Of a DNA stretch of 64,000 bases, positions 62,760 through 64,000 are shown one piece after another. The DNA comes from Tubulanus polymorphus. Taxonomy: Eukaryota > Animalia > Nemertea. Numbering within the stretch: the stretch's first letter is position 1; every line of letters begins with the position of its first letter. A program made the translations under genes and the position numbers. The DNA is taken from positions 5,169,950-5,233,949 of the forward strand of contig NC_134026.1 in NCBI RefSeq assembly GCF_964204645.1, given 5' to 3'. The notes beneath the pieces are model-generated. The model made no database searches. It saw only the letters and a list, made by a program, of their open reading frames with translations, and was not told the origin of the DNA.

Positions 62760-63593
62760 ATGGACTGTATCGAGTTAGACCAGTTATCTAGCCTCCACGA
62801 GGCGACACAGACCCTTAAACGGCAGGTCTCGAAAGAAGTCTGTTCCACCCTTCACAGACAGGACAAGACCCTCAGCGAATTGAGAGCCAAGATGGGCAGA
62901 CTTTATAACTCTGCCATAGAACAGTCGTTTGTGGAGGATCCTGGTCGCATAGTAACCGGTGCGGTAGTAACCGGTCTCAAGACGACAAAGACCCGACGTT
63001 TTCGGCCGAAGATGAGCACAGCTGCATTTGAGTACATCAGCCAGGAACTAGTGAACGCCCTGGCCGAATGTGGTGGTGACTCCTCGTACATCTGGTCGAA
63101 ACTTGGAGACTTGAAACAGAGGGCAGTTGAGGACTTACCAATCGTGTTGCTGGGAGACTCGATGTTTACGGGGCTAAAGGCCAGCGGCGGTTTGATTCCA
63201 ATTTGCCACCCTGGTGAACGACTCGGTGATTTGTTGGAGTACCTCCCACATGTATCCTTTAGGGCAAGAGCGATTGTGGTCACGCATGGTATGAACCATG
63301 CCGGCGATTATGGCAGGACGACAGAGGAGTTGGCGGAAGTTTTGGCGCTACTCAAGGGCAAGCACCCTTCTGTTCCCCTTTTCCACCTACAGACCCCTGT
63401 CCCTCCTTGCTGGCGTGGTGACCACAATCGGGTAAACAACATCAACCGGGTTAACGTCTTCGCCCTCCGTGCCGGGTTCCAACAGGCCGACCATCCAGAT
63501 ATCCCGGATTCTGATTTTGTGGGGATCCACTACAAAAAGTCGGCCATGCACTATGTCTGTCGGGAAATAATCCGTGTGGTAGATCGCGCCTGA
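62760..63593 (+). CDS. ORF3: N-terminal coiled coil + SGNH/GDSL hydrolase domain, 277 aa
   Basis: Block I IVLLGDSM (S134), block II CHPG (G152), block III VVTHGMNH (N179), block V DFVGIHY (H257); heptad-like N-terminus LSSLHEATQTLKRQV...LSELRAKM. Confidence 0.82.
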   Translation: MDCIELDQLSSLHEATQTLKRQVSKEVCSTLHRQDKTLSELRAKMGRLYNSAIEQSFVEDPGRIVTGAVVTGLKTTKTRRFRPKMSTAAFEYISQELVNALAECGGDSSYIWSKLGDLKQRAVEDLPIVLLGDSMFTGLKASGGLIPICHPGERLGDLLEYLPHVSFRARAIVVTHGMNHAGDYGRTTEELAEVLALLKGKHPSVPLFHLQTPVPPCWRGDHNRVNNINRVNVFALRAGFQQADHPDIPDSDFVGIHYKKSAMHYVCREIIRVVDRA

Positions 63594-64000
63594 ATGTGTT
63601 TCCTTCGGTACCTAACGATGGTTCACCTGGAGTCGCTTATTCTTTGTAATGTTAGTGACAAAAAGCCATTCAGTCCAAATACTACCACACGTGACCCCCC
63701 AGATGTAGCACACCCCATTGCGAACAGTTTCTTTCCGTTTTCTTTTGATTGTATTTTTCAGCTTCCCAGGACGAGGAACAGTGGCAGAGGGGCAAGCCAA
63801 GTGCAGTGTCCATTGGCCGTATCTACCTTTTGATGGTATAGATATTTTTGGTTAGACACTACGCTTAGGTGCGCCCCGAAAACAAACCACAAACCATTAG
63901 TGAAGATCGAAAGCTGCATGTATTATCATCACTGAGATGCAACCCTAATGCGAAACAACGACTACGCCATGTTAGATGTCTACTGTATCCAGAGCCGAGA

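Larger units (their letters stand above)
56398..64000 (+). mobile_element. Ty3/Gypsy LTR retrotransposon with extra SGNH-esterase ORF (3' end outside window)
   Basis: 5' LTR + PBS, gag, pol in PR-RT-RH-IN order, and ORF3; uninterrupted frames; visibly higher GC than the host DNA. Confidence 0.93.

Overview
AT-rich, intron-containing animal genomic DNA with short introns (invertebrate-like; the taxon cannot be fixed from sequence alone). I reconstructed 12 spliced host genes by eye: PES1 (+), MYO19 (-), a GPI-anchored Ly6/three-finger protein (+), GATC (-), TRAF4 (-), an atypical CDP-alcohol phosphatidyltransferase (+), a single-domain 4-Cys TIMP (-), TWNK (-), ACOT13 (+), a Cys-rich repeat surface protein (DUF7042-type, -), RCC1 (-) and a DUF4807/F58A4.6-like gene (-). 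Several are packed head-to-head, and introns carry MITEs and LINE remnants. The last 7.6 kb is an apparently intact Ty3/Gypsy LTR retrotransposon. It has a ~157-bp 5' LTR, a tRNA-Leu primer site, gag, and pol reached by a predicted -1 frameshift with an H-type pseudoknot. In the env position it carries a third ORF encoding a coiled-coil + SGNH/GDSL esterase, preceded by a splice acceptor; this is the most notable feature. The 3' LTR is not in the window. Gene and family names come from remembered motifs, not database searches.
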